A stretch of DNA of 64,000 nucleotides, from the NCBI GenBank assembly GCA_030770535.1, contig JASVEC010000013.1:558001-622000 (forward strand). Reading direction: 5' to 3'. Shown piece by piece: positions 24,754 through 37,655 of this stretch. Position numbers and translations under genes: made by a program. Below the pieces are notes generated by a model. The model had not been told where the DNA came from. It made no database searches and saw only the letters and a program-made list of their open reading frames with translations. Positions within the stretch are counted from its first letter, which is position 1. The number at the start of each line of letters is the position of its first letter. This stretch comes from Batkoa obscura. Lineage: Eukaryota.

Positions 24754-25588
24754 TTAAAGAAATAAAAGGTAACTAAAGGATTTGGAACTTTTTTTTAATA
24801 TTGAGAGTTATTGGTTGGTGATAGCAGAAAAAACTAATATATTAGATGATAAATATCGTAATACGTTTGGTTCAAACAAAAGGTTAACATTAGAAATTAA
24901 ATACATTTTATGGAACCATTTGAATTAATTTTGATTTGACTTCTGATTCGTTAAAATTGGGTTTTATTAATAGTGGTAAACTCAACTTAAAAATAATAAT
25001 TTGTCCCTTGATATTATTTAAATAGTAATAAATCTCAGCAATTATATCATTTGTACTAGTCTTTATGGGTTCCTAGTAAAACTACTTTATTTAATAAATT
25101 AGAGTAGAGTCATGGTAATCAATTAATAAAAATAGAACTATTTAACAGATTATTTGTTTAGAAGTAGTTTTTGATAATATCTTATTCGCACACGGAGTAA
25201 AAACCATACTAACCAAGAAAATAAATATACAAAAACCCAAAACTTAGTTGAGATATTCCATCCTTACTCTTTGGAAGGAGAGAGTACCCTTTAATCTAAT
25301 CCAGTTTAATAGTTCAAGATAAGGTTACTCAGGTAGATGTGATTGCTTTTATCATAGTTATTATTTTTGCAAAAATTTTGAAGAATATTCTAGTAAAAAA
25401 ATTTACTCCAAGTAATAATAATATATAAAACCTTGAAGCAGTGACGATATAATGTATTCAGTATTTTATCAACATCTATCTAACTTGATAAACATAACAG
25501 TATAAAATAAAAATTTAGAAAATTATTTACATATCAATTGGGTTATATAAAAAACCTTTCTATAATAGTTCTAAAAAATATAACATAT

Positions 25589-25685
25589 AGTGTGTCTCTT
25601 TTTGTTTCGTTATTTTTTCCATTTTTTGAATACTATTGAGTGGAAAAAATGTTAATAAATTTCTTCAACAAAAAAATACATCTCC
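25589..25685 (-). mobile_element. MITE, diverged copy (TSD ATAT)
   Basis: atat|agtgtgtc...aatacatctcc|atat. Confidence 0.8.
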
Positions 25686-25850
25686 ATATTATATTCATTT
25701 TATCTCTTAATAATTTTTTAGTGACTGCTAATCAATACTTCAATGAAACTATAGGTTGCAAACATCTTACTTATTGAAAATTAAATTAAATATATAATGA
25801 TAAATGTTTATTAATTTAAAATAATCTTAATGCAAAAATGAATAGAAAAT

Positions 25851-27559
25851 TTATACAGTTTCTTTAGTGATCTTTGGTTCTAAAGCAGGTTCAGATTTTA
25901 CAAGTGGAATATGTATTAAGAAGAGAGAGGCAATAAATGATATTACACAGAATGGGATCATAGCAATATAGGCATATTTTAGCGCAGAGACATAAGATAA
26001 CTTATAAAGTGAAATCTCCTCTTCACTTAAAATAGAAATAGAGTCTAAAGAAGACGTTAAAAGCTTGGAGTCCAGCCCAGGTAAATTTTCCGTCAAATAA
26101 TAATTCAATGCATTTTTATAAATTGAACCAATAATCGCTAACCCTAAAACCCCACCTAAATTAGCCGTAAAGTTTAGTAATGAGGTTACTGAGGCTACTT
26201 CTGACTCTTTAACTGCAGCTTGAGATAAAATTGTACAATTTTGGGTACATAAACCATAACCACATCCAATTAATAAAACAATGGTGATTTCTTCAAATCG
26301 GGTAATATCTTTTCTTAATAAAAACATTAAACACACCCCTACTAATATAAGTCCCGTCCCCAATACATTGAATATTCTATATCTTCCGGTTTTTGAGGTA
26401 TAATAGCCTGCTAAGGCAGATAATATAACAATGCTAATCATCATTGGAAATAATTCGAATGCAGACATTGTAGCAGATTTGTTATTTACAATTTGATGGT
26501 AAATAGGTATATAATTAACACTTACATAAAAAGGGAATCCATTTAACAAGTTTGTTATATTTGCAGATATAACATTCCTAGTGAATATACTTGAAGGAAG
26601 TATAGGCTCTTTTGCTACTCTTAATTCGACAAAAATAAATAATAAAAGTGATACAGCTGAAATACCTAAAGGCACTAAAACTTCCCAGGACAACCAAGGG
26701 TATTCATTTCCACCCCAGTTCAAACCTAACAAAAGAAAAACTGTTGATACTATTATAGAAATCGATCCCAAAAAATCAATACGTTTTAACTGAAGTCTAA
26801 GTGGTTGCATCTCTTGTTTAAAATTTAAAAATATAGCTGTTATTACAAGAGTTATTAAAGATATAGGTACGTTTAAGTAAAAGTTGTATCTCCAACTCAA
26901 GTTATCAGATATCAAACCGCCAATTACTGGTCCTGATACAACTGCTATGATAAAAAATATTCCAGTCATTGAAAGATATAAACTACGGCTCTTTAATGGA
27001 ACGACGTCGGATATCACAATGATTGCTAACGCTATCAATCCTCCTCCTCCAATACCACTAAACGCTCTTGAGCCGATTAACATGTGGATACTACTTGAAG
27101 CTCCACACATTATAGAACCAACCATAAATATAGTTAAGGCTGCTATTAACGTATTTCTTCGACCAAAAATGTCACTTAATTTCCCATAAAGGGGTATCAA
27201 AGCTGTTGTTGTGAGCATATAACTAGCAGGTAGCCAAGCCATATCACTCAACGCATTAAAATCAGACGCGATATGGCCAAGCGCAGCTGCCAAAATGGTA
27301 TGGTCTAAGATCGATGTAAATATGACTAAAAAGAGGCTATAAAAATAAACATCATTTCATACACATAAAAAATACAAACTTACCCAAACATTAATAAGTG
27401 GAATCGTATTCCTGTTATTGTATATGTTGCATCTTCTTTTTCAGTATCATTTTCTTTGAATTGTGTTTCCAAACTTATTATTGAGCCTTCGTCATCAAAC
27501 TTACTCATCCTAAACTCTTCTGGTTCTCCTTTGTTAATATCTTTGGATATATCGCCCAT
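25851..27559 (-). CDS. MFS drug:H+ antiporter, DHA2 (14-TMS) type (intron 27337-27383)
   Basis: PLYGKLSDIFGRR motif A; RAFSGIGGGG; WRYNFYLNVP; IDFLG; short first exon from ATG 27559. Confidence 0.92.
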
Positions 27560-29193
27560 ATTTTAATAGTAAAATGTAGGATACCATTGAATTAAATTTG
27601 TTTTTATATATCATTTTACGTTGCATTAAATGTAAGAAGGAAATTAAATTTAAACTGTTAAGTGTAAATTTTAATCAAGGTTATTGTTTACTTTGACTTC
27701 TATTTTAAAAAATCACAAATTAAACAAATTTGAGGCAACATTAAATTGTTTTGATTGGTAAACTCGAGTTATTTTTTCAATTGTGTATGCTAAAATTTCC
27801 AAAGTTTCCTATGTAAATCATTAACTGCTACAATGAGTTCAGCTTACTTTAGTCTATCATCAGTTTATAGATAGTGATAAATTTGTTTTAGAATATTATA
27901 GCATTGATTGATCTAATACATGAAAATATAAATTACTTTTTATATTATTTTCAAGATAAAATTAATTTAATACTATTAATTTATTTCATCCCTAAAATGT
28001 CAATTAAATTGGGCAAAAACTTCTTCAAGATATTACACATTTTTTAGTTTTAATTTTAAGTGGTAAATATGACTTAAGAAAAAAAACTGAGCATTTGGTA
28101 TATTATTTCTTATATAACCAAATGGATTTTTCTAATATTAAAGTCATATGAGATTATTTAGGAAATTGAAAAATAGTAAAACAATATAACAATAAATAAT
28201 TGGAATGTTGATATAAATAATATATATTGAGGTCAACTGTTGAAGTACTCAAACCTTGATAGTGTAACTTGGGATTTTAAACCGTATTGTTAACCTTTTA
28301 AAATATTAAGTGTAACATTTAATATTAGTATATTTACTTTAAAATGTATGGACCTAAATTTGTCTATAAGATTAAAATTAACCATGTACAACTTTTAAAA
28401 TGAATTTAATAAATTAAGATGTTATTTTCGAAAGTAAAGTGAGTTCATTATATAATAATAACTGATAACTTTATTAGCTGCATATTAAGTTAAAAATATC
28501 ACAACTTTATAAACAATAGATAGTTTAATAGTCAAATAAAACTAATAAAACGGAGCCTTAAAGTTTGGGACAAATATTCAACAAAATATGTCACTATTTT
28601 TTGGTAAAACTTTTGAGCAAAATCAAATATAAATTGAGTTAGTTTTAATGTATCTGATATATGCAAAGTAATAATAAACTTATATCATCTGATAAAAAAA
28701 ATCAAAGGTTTGAATAAGGAGCAATAGCTTGGTAAAAGGTTATTACATTTCCAAAGTCTAACTTTTATTTAGGAAGGTAATATTTTATAGGGGTACTAGA
28801 GTTAATTAAATTTGAAATTTAAAACTTCTATAAAAGTAAAATTTTTGAATTTAAAAGTTAAGGCATTATTCTAAATAATAAATTTTTAAAGGAGAGCAAA
28901 AAATACTAGAAGTGACTGCTCAGTTTATATCTTATAATCATTAATTGTTCCTTTCTTTTATCCCTAACTTAGTCTTATTAAGATTAAAAAGAATTTACAA
29001 AGTGATATCATGTGGTTTAGTGGTGGGACCTTTATGAAAAACCGAAAAAGACAAAAAAACAAGTAATCCACCACTGCTTCAAACAATATAAAAAGGAGCG
29101 AATATAACTCAAATAAACTTATCCATTTTTACGATCTAAATTACTCTGTGAGAAATTTGCTATCTACCTCTTCATACAAATCTTGAAATAAAA

Positions 29194-30132
29194 ATGCGCT
29201 TCACCAATCAATTATTAATGTTAGCTAGCTTTGCTACTGTTTTCGGCCATATGGAAGTTACCAGCCCCGCCCCAAGACGTTCTAAACATTTAGCCCAAAA
29301 TAAAGAGCCTGTTGACTATGACATGAGCTCACCTTTAGGTGACAAATTTAGTTTCCCATGCAGAGGTTACGGTCCAGGACCATCCTCTGGATCATTCAAA
29401 GCTGGTAACTCCATTCCAGTAACAATCGGAGGAGGTGCTATGCATAATGGTGGTCACTGTCAGTTCTCTATTACTTATGACAATAAGAACTTTGCTGTCT
29501 TAAAAACTGTAATGGGTAATTGTTTAACTGGTGGATTAAACTATCAAGTGCCATTACCACAAGATGCACCAAATGGAAAAGCTACTTTAGCATGGACCTG
29601 GATTAACAAAACTGGTAATCGTGAATATTATATGAATTGTATGGATATCGAAATCAATGGAGGATCAAATAATGGAAAGATCACTGGACCACAAATGTTA
29701 GTTGCCAACTTACCTGGATATACTACATTCCCAGAAGGATTCAAGGATGATTATGGTAAAGATTTATTTGACAAACAACCTATGATCACCGTTTCACCAA
29801 GCGGATCTAATGTTGACCCAAATCCTAAACCTGATCCAAAACCTTCTACTCAAACTCAAACTCAAACACAGACCCAAACCCAAACTCAAACTTCAACCCA
29901 AACTTCAACCCAAACTAAGCCAGTAGTAACATCCACCGCAACACAAATTGAACCTAAACCTGAGCCAACTGGTAACCCACAAAAACCAGATCCATCAACT
30001 TGTGAAGATGGTAAAATGTATTGTCTCAATGGTTCAACAATTGCCATGTGTTTTAACAAATCACTCTGGTCTAACCCATGTGCTAATGGTACCACCTGCA
30101 AAGGTGCTGCTGGTAACGCACAATGTTATTAG
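29194..30132 (+). CDS. AA11-type LPMO (tandem copy 1) with TQ linker and Cys-rich tail
   Basis: Signal peptide then HMEVTSPAPR; GGAMHNGGHCQFS; WTWINKTGNREYYMNCMDI; TATA-like TATAAAAA near 29087. Confidence 0.88.
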   Translation: MRFTNQLLMLASFATVFGHMEVTSPAPRRSKHLAQNKEPVDYDMSSPLGDKFSFPCRGYGPGPSSGSFKAGNSIPVTIGGGAMHNGGHCQFSITYDNKNFAVLKTVMGNCLTGGLNYQVPLPQDAPNGKATLAWTWINKTGNREYYMNCMDIEINGGSNNGKITGPQMLVANLPGYTTFPEGFKDDYGKDLFDKQPMITVSPSGSNVDPNPKPDPKPSTQTQTQTQTQTQTQTSTQTSTQTKPVVTSTATQIEPKPEPTGNPQKPDPSTCEDGKMYCLNGSTIAMCFNKSLWSNPCANGTTCKGAAGNAQCY

Positions 30133-30414
30133 GCTATTTGAATTATTTTAATTTGATATATCTGTGATTATCAAATTTTTTAAAATTAATAAAGTTTAAT
30201 TTAATCCATGATATAACATTTATTTTTATCTTTATTTTTATTTTTTATAAATTTAAATTTCTCGAATAGTTTATGACATGGCTCTAAATTTTAATTTAAT
30301 TTTGTAGACAAGTATAAGAGCTGTCTTTTTTATTCCAATATTTTAAATATTTTTTTAATTTACAATGCATAAAAGTGGACATTGAATTAAAAAAGACATC
30401 ACCATATTGCACTA

Positions 30415-31657
30415 CAGGGTGGCTGGGAATTTCATGAATTTTTTTAAAATAACTACAACTACAAGAAAGAAGACAAAATGGTTAAACAAAATGATTATAA
30501 AATGGCTATGTGGGGATGTATTTTTATGTTTAAGAATTTTATTAACAATTTTTCCGCTCAAATAGCGCTAAAAAATGGAAAAAATGATGAAGCCAAAAAA
30601 GACACCCCCATGTATTATTATCATAGTCTAAATTTATTTGTATTTTTAAAATATTGAAGTTATTACCTCCGAAAGTTGCAAAAGTTATTTCACAAATTTA
30701 ACATAAGGATACCCATAAAAGAACAAAAGATTATATCAAAAAAACTTTAGTGAAAACATATCCCAAATCCATACATATCAATATCTAAAATCAATATGAA
30801 AGATCATGCTTACATTAAAGTTATCAAATTTCTAAGTATTTAAAGTGGTCAGATAAACCAACCTCACTTTTAAAAGAAAAATTTTTTAATATCAAAAATT
30901 TTATTAGAAGATTTAACAAAAGAATGTCCAAAATTATGAGTACAGATATATAACAAATACTCAGTAGTATCTTTTAAACAACATTTATTAAAATATCATA
31001 TAATTAAAATCATTAACTTTTTGACTTATTTTTTACCTTATTAAAAAGCGCTACTACCAAATATTTTAATAATATAAATAAAGATATAAAACGTACATAA
31101 TTAAAGTTAGAAGGATATTTTTATTATACATAAATTAAATTAACTTTTTAATGTAAAAATTTAATATAAATTAGTCTTTATCATCATAAACTTAAATTTA
31201 GGTGATTATTTTTTCAAAACTCAAGACGGATCTTGTGTTTATTTAAATAAGAATTAAAACTAATGAATGTATACTAACTGTTAAGGTAGTGTGAATTGGA
31301 AAGAGGAGAGGAGTCCTTAAGGGAAGAAAGTAAGTGGTTGGAAGCTGAGAGCGGGATGTTGGAAAAGAGAGTTTGGGGGAAATAAAGGTCCGGTGACTTT
31401 GATCTGGACAGTTTTCGGTGGACAAAAATTTGAGTGAATTTTATTGTTATGGTTTTATTAGGCTTGGAATTACTTGATACATCATTAAAGTTAAGATACT
31501 AAAAGAATCTAATTTTTTATAATAATATTAAAACATCTGAAACATTTAAAAGTATAAATAATTATAAGATTGATTTTGTCTATTATTAAATTTTGGTATT
31601 TTATAATCCCGTAGCTATAGCTGCTCAAAAACAATCATAAAACCCCCAGCCGCCCTA
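30415..31657. mobile_element. Degenerate Tc1/mariner-like element (~50-bp TIRs, TA flanks)
   Basis: TA|CAGGGTGGCTGGGAATTTCATGA... at the left and ...TCATAAAACCCCCAGCCGCCCTA|TA at the right. No intact transposase ORF. Confidence 0.7.
30512..30609 (+). mobile_element. MITE full copy (TSD ATGT), nested in the Tc1/mariner-like relic
   Basis: atgt|ggggatg...gacaccccc|atgt. Confidence 0.93.
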
Positions 31658-31778
31658 TAGTTGAATCTGAGAGTGAACAAAAAGTAAAATACTATAAAAA
31701 AATCAATTAAACTATGGTTAAGACTATATTTATTTTTACTATAGTATTTTGCTTTCTATTCACTTTCAAATCAATTAT
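31657..31778. repeat. Inverted repeat (~40-bp arms), possibly a second MITE type
   Basis: atagttgaatctgagagtgaacaaaaagtaaaatactata versus tatagtattttgctttctattcactttcaaatcaattat. Confidence 0.75.
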
Positions 31779-32798
31779 TGCCAATGGAACTTTACTTCAG
31801 TTTGGTAAAATATTCTTTTGAGACAGCTGTGAAGGGTTGTGTATCCTGTAAAGGCTACCTTAAATAAAATTAACTGTGGCAGTTTTTTATTTTTATTTTT
31901 ATTTTATATCAAAAATTTAGTTTAAATAGTTTTGGTGATAAAGCAAATTAAATAATCATTCTACTATTGAACGATTTAAATACAATAAAGAAGGTTAAGA
32001 GACATTATAAATGTATAAAAGAGCTAGAAATATTTTAGAGTCAATTGATCAAACATGAAATTTAATAGGTTTTAGAAACCTCAATAATTTTCACTGACAT
32101 GCAACAATTTTGGCTGCCTGTTCTCTTTGATAATGATCTAATACTTATCTTTACGCCATTTACTATAGCAGTAAGGGACTCAATTAAAATCTAGATAAAA
32201 TTGTATCCAATAACTATTCATAAAATACTAATATTAAAATATACGTACTTGATTATCCTTTAAACTAAATGCAATGAGCTTACTAGAATTTTTAGAATAT
32301 ATTTAAAAATCAACTTAGAATGGATAGTTTTGAACTGGGTCTTAGAGTAAATATTTGGTTTAACCTTAAGTTTGATTTTGGTAAAAATAATAAGGTTGAC
32401 ATAATTGGGATTTAATTTATTTAATAAACTATAATTGAATATTAAATATTAAATTTAACAATAGCATATATCGTTATTTATTTCACTTTAACTAAAATAT
32501 TAGTACAGGTTTCATTTAAACTAATAAAATACTACTTTAAACCTGCTTTATTATACTGCCGTTAACTAGTTTTTAGTTTAATAGAACAAGCAACCTAGCA
32601 AGAATAATTTATTCCAACATGAACATTTTAATCACCCAAATGTATTTTAGTTATTAGAGTTAATTATTGGCACTGTGGTTAAGGTACAATGGGTCACTTG
32701 ATAAAATACTATATAAAGTGATGGAAAAGAGTGTTTAGTTATTATCAAAGCTCAATTTCTTTTTCTCTGTGAGAATTAAAACTAATACAACTTTAATC

Positions 32799-33821
32799 AT
32801 GAAATTCGTAGATTCTATCATCGCTTTAGCCTCTTTTGCTGCCGTTTTCGGACATATGGAAGTTACTAGTCCAGCTCCAAGGCGTTCTAAGCATTTAGCT
32901 GGAAACGGAGGGGAAGTTGATTACGATATGACCTCACCATTAGGTGGTCGTTTTAGCTTCCCATGCAGAGGTTACGGCCCAGGACCAACTTCTGGGTCAT
33001 TCAATGCTGGAAGCTCTATTCCAATAAAGATAGGAGGAAGTGCTATGCATAATGGTGGTCACTGTCAGTTCTCTATTACTTATGACAATAAGAACTTTGC
33101 TGTCTTAAAAACTGTAATGGGTAATTGTTTAACTGGTGGATTAAACTACCAAGTGCCATTACCACAAGATGCACCAAATGGAAAAGCTACTTTAGCATGG
33201 ACCTGGATTAACAGAACTGGTAATCGTGAATATTATATGAATTGTATGGATATCGAAATCAATGGAGGATCAAATAATGGAAAGATCACTGGACCACAAA
33301 TGTTAGTTGCCAACTTACCTGGATATACTACATTCCCAGAAGGATTCAAGGATGATTATGGTAAAGATTTATTTGACAAACAACCTATGATCACCGTTTC
33401 ACCAAGCGGATCTAATGTTGACCCAAATCCTAAACCTGATCCAAAACCTTCTACTACTCAAACTCAAACTCAAACCCAAACACAAACTCAAACTGAGGTC
33501 CAAACCCAAACTCAAATTAGACCACAACAACCCCAATATCAAACTAGACCACAAAAACAACCTCAATATCAAACTAGACCACAAAAACAACCTCAATATC
33601 AAACCAAGCCAGCAGCAACTCCATATCCAACGCAAGTCAAGCCTAAGCCAAAACCAACTGGTAACCCACAAAAACCAGATCCATCAACTTGTGAAGATGG
33701 TAAAATGTATTGTATTAATAGTACTACTATTGCTATGTGTTTTAACAAATCACTCTGGTCTAACTCATGTGCTGATGGTACTACCTGTAAAGGGCCTCAA
33801 GGCGACGCACACTGCTATTAG
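32799..33821 (+). CDS. AA11-type LPMO (tandem copy 2), with QPQYQTRPQK linker repeats
   Basis: ATG 32799 (MKFVDSIIALASFAAVFG|H); same AA11 motifs; TATATAAAG near 32710. Confidence 0.88.
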   Translation: MKFVDSIIALASFAAVFGHMEVTSPAPRRSKHLAGNGGEVDYDMTSPLGGRFSFPCRGYGPGPTSGSFNAGSSIPIKIGGSAMHNGGHCQFSITYDNKNFAVLKTVMGNCLTGGLNYQVPLPQDAPNGKATLAWTWINRTGNREYYMNCMDIEINGGSNNGKITGPQMLVANLPGYTTFPEGFKDDYGKDLFDKQPMITVSPSGSNVDPNPKPDPKPSTTQTQTQTQTQTQTEVQTQTQIRPQQPQYQTRPQKQPQYQTRPQKQPQYQTKPAATPYPTQVKPKPKPTGNPQKPDPSTCEDGKMYCINSTTIAMCFNKSLWSNSCADGTTCKGPQGDAHCY

Positions 33822-35884
33822 ACACTATAGTTGAATATTTTAAATTTGATATATCTGTGATTATCAATTTTTTTTTAAAATTAACAAAGCATAGCTTGTT
33901 CATTATATATTTTTATCGTTTTAGTAAACACTAGACCTAAATCTATTTAAATAATTAAACTTATTGACTAATTTTTGTTTGGTTTTATTTAATTTTTAGA
34001 ACACATGTGTCTAACCTACTGTTTATTTATATCAAAATTTATCTACCATATTAGGTAAATGACAAAAAGTTTAAGTTCTTGGCTGTAAGGAATCAGCCTA
34101 ATTATTTTTCATATTGATCTTTGTGTTAGGTTTTCCCATATATCCTCTCGTGAAGTGAAGAAATCTGCAGAACTTTATGGTAAGGGTAATAGGTTGCAAC
34201 ATAAAAGTTACTTTTTATAATATTGCTAATATTTTTCAAAAAAATAGATCCCAATCGAAAAAATTACCAATAAAACCAATTTTATTTTACAAAAAATTGA
34301 TTTTAGATAAAAATTAGCTCTTTATTACAAAGCTTAAGAATTGAAGCTACTATTTTAGCTAAAACATTACTTTTCTTAGGGTTGAATTTTCGCGACAGGA
34401 GATATACAGAAAAACCTAATAAATAAAATTTAGGTGCTGAAATTTAAGTCATTTTTTTTCTAAATATTATTTGTATTCTTGCAAAATATCTTAGAAGGAA
34501 TCGATTTAGAAAAGGCAACTCACACATTAAAATTACTTTAAACTATCCAGTCTAATTGTATTATTCTGAAATGATAAAGAAATCAGCTGTTTGATCTATA
34601 ATTTTCTTATACTTGATGTCTTCTTACGTCTTTCCTCATTCAAATAATGTAGCCTTAGTGGTTTATATGTAATTATTAAATTTCTTACTTTTTTCTTCTA
34701 TAAACATAGTGTGTAAAAGTAGTGAAGTATACGTTTGCAACAAAAATACGAAAACGAAACAAAACGTTATATTATATTTAATTTCCTTATTTTACTTTGT
34801 ATAAAAAGTTTAATTGTATTTATAAAGAAATACAGGGGCTATATCCTGCCTTTTCAGGGAGAAAAGCACAATAAAGAAAGCTTAAGAATATTAGAGTAAA
34901 TAGAAAGCTCTAAACACTTATGGGTCAATATAATTGATTGTTTATACTTCAGTGACGCAATATTTTTTTATTGGAAAAAGGAGAAATTTCAATACTACCT
35001 CTATTCTTTTCGAAGAGAATTTAATTCCATCTTTGGGCAATCGATATAGAGGGTGAGAAAATAACCTTAAGGTTAAATTTGTATTTTTTATTTGATAAAA
35101 TCTAATTACTATAAAAAATTTTAAACTATTTTTTTGTTAATCTCATAACAAGTTTTTATATTTAATATTATTCTAATGTTACTAAAGGCCTTAATTAACC
35201 ATAGGTTTTTATTTATTTTATTAATTAAAATACATTGCTAAAAAAAAGAAAATTTTAAAGTTTGGGTCATTTTTCACCTCTATGTATTACAGTATTAAGT
35301 AGCTCAATTAAAAGTGAAATAATATAATAGTTTATGAATATGCTTGAAATATATAAATCGATACTGATGTAAAGCAATATTCATTATATCAATATTGAAC
35401 TTACCCAATAATTTTTTGGAATAATTGGTTTACAAACTGGTATTGAAATGAGCCCCTTTAGCACCATCCTTTGGTTTGGTTTTTATAAAATTATGATTTA
35501 CGTAACTAGTATTAAAGCTGTATGATTAAGTTTAATATTAAAATAATGAATCGCGTATTAGTAAGTAAAAATTTCCACATCGACTCATATACTAACTTAA
35601 ATATTTATTTGATGAAATTTCGAAATTTGGCTTAAAAATATTGATAATTTAAGCAGTTTTTAATTTATTAGTACAAGGAACTTGCCAAGAATAGCTTATG
35701 GTAATATGATTAACTTGGTATTAAAATAAATTTGAGTAGTCAGAGGTGACTATTGATCCCATGGTCGTGGTGCAATGGGCTACTTAATAGAACACTATAT
35801 AAAGTGATGGAAAAGAGTGTTCAGTCATTATCAAAGCTCAATTTCTTTTTCTCTGTGAGAATTAAAACTAATACAACTTTAATC

Positions 35885-36823
35885 ATGAAATTCGTAGATT
35901 CTATCATCGCTTTAGCCTCTTTTGCTGCCGTTTTCGGACATATGGAAGTTACTAGTCCAGCCCCAAGGCGTTCTAAACATTTAGCTGGAAACAAAGGACC
36001 TGTTGATTACGATATGACCTCACCATTAGGTGGTCGTTTTAGCTTCCCATGCAGAGGTTACGGCCCAGGACCAACTTCTGGATCATTCAATGCTGGTAAC
36101 TCCATTCCAGTAACAATCGGAGGAGATGCTATGCATAATGGTGGTCACTGTCAGTTCTCTATTACTTATGACAATAAGAACTTTGCTGTCTTAAAAACTG
36201 TAATGGGTAATTGTTTAACTGGTGGATTAAACTATCAAGTGCCATTACCACAAGATGCACCAAATGGAAAAGCTACTTTAGCATGGACCTGGATTAACAA
36301 AACTGGTAATCGTGAATATTATATGAATTGTATGGATATCGAAATCAATGGAGGATCAAATAATGGAAAGATCACTGGACCACAAATGCTAGTTGCCAAC
36401 TTACCTGGATATACTACATTCCCAGAAGGATTCAAGGATGATTATGGTAAAGATTTATTTGACAAACAACCTATGATCACCGTTTCACCAAGCGGATCTA
36501 ATGTTGACCCAAATCCTAAACCTGATCCAAAACCTTCTACTCAAACTCAAACTCAAACACAGACCCAAACCCAAACTCAAACTTCAACCCAAACTTCAAC
36601 CCAAACTAAGCCAGTAGTAACATCCACCGCAACACAAATTGAACCTAAACCTGAGCCAACTGGTAACCCACAAAAACCAGATCCATCAACTTGTGAAAAT
36701 GGTAAAATGTATTGTCTTGATGGTTCAACAATTGCCATGTGCTTCAACAAAGCTTTTTGGTCTAACCCATGTGCTGATGGTACCACCTGCAAAGGGGCTC
36801 TTGGTAATGCACAATGCTATTAA
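35885..36823 (+). CDS. AA11-type LPMO (tandem copy 3, mosaic of copies 1 and 2)
   Basis: ATG 35885; 5' part like copy 2, linker like copy 1; TATATAAAG near 35796. Confidence 0.88.
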   Translation: MKFVDSIIALASFAAVFGHMEVTSPAPRRSKHLAGNKGPVDYDMTSPLGGRFSFPCRGYGPGPTSGSFNAGNSIPVTIGGDAMHNGGHCQFSITYDNKNFAVLKTVMGNCLTGGLNYQVPLPQDAPNGKATLAWTWINKTGNREYYMNCMDIEINGGSNNGKITGPQMLVANLPGYTTFPEGFKDDYGKDLFDKQPMITVSPSGSNVDPNPKPDPKPSTQTQTQTQTQTQTQTSTQTSTQTKPVVTSTATQIEPKPEPTGNPQKPDPSTCENGKMYCLDGSTIAMCFNKAFWSNPCADGTTCKGALGNAQCY

Positions 36824-37655
36824 GCTTTTTAATAACACTTTATTGCGATATTTTAATTTAGTAAAATCTGTGATTTTGTAAATAAAAAGTCACTTTTGCC
36901 TTATTATTATTAATTTAGTTTGTTATATTTTTATAATAATATATGAAAAGTTAAATTGTGATAGTTTAAAATATTTATTAAATATGTGATTTAACTCCTC
37001 TATATAACGATTAAAATTTTATAATGATTAGTATATATTCTAAAGTTATATATTGATATAATACCCATAATCGATGATTTTTAATATTTAATTCAATTCA
37101 AATGGTAATTAAAGCATTTGAGTATATCTTTTTGATCAAAGTCCTTTTATAATTTGATTGAAAATTATAAATATACTGTTCAAAATTTAATTGTAAAAGA
37201 ACTAATATTAGGCTATGTAGTAATTTAACTTTTAATTTTTTTTATGAATATAATAAAAATAAATGATTATAAAATTTAATATATTAGTCTAGTGAAAATT
37301 TAAAACAGTCTAATAGATAGCTGAAAACCCAAAGTTTAATATGTATTGAGGATCAATATGTGTATTTAATATTGATCAAGCTATTAAAAACTGAAAAGAT
37401 TAATAAAACAACTTTTAAATTTATCGTGGTAATAATTTAAACATCCTTTTGTACTTACCATCGTGGAAATAAAAAAAGTAATGCTAAAAATGTATTATCA
37501 TCTTTTATTTAATATTTTAATAAAGAACAAATACTAAAATTTAAATTGGCAACTTTTATTTTCAAAGATAGCAAAAAACTGATTGAGCATCAAAAAGCGA
37601 TAAATCAGTTGATTCCATCATATTTGTTTTTATTATAAATATTATACCAAAACCT

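Noticed and set aside
32769..35884. Longer N-termini for AA11 copies 2 and 3 in the ORF track (also 51963 for the Cys-rich gene)
   Set aside because: They use non-ATG starts upstream of the signal-peptide ATG (32799, 35885, 52038); the copy 3 extension even spans the TATA box.
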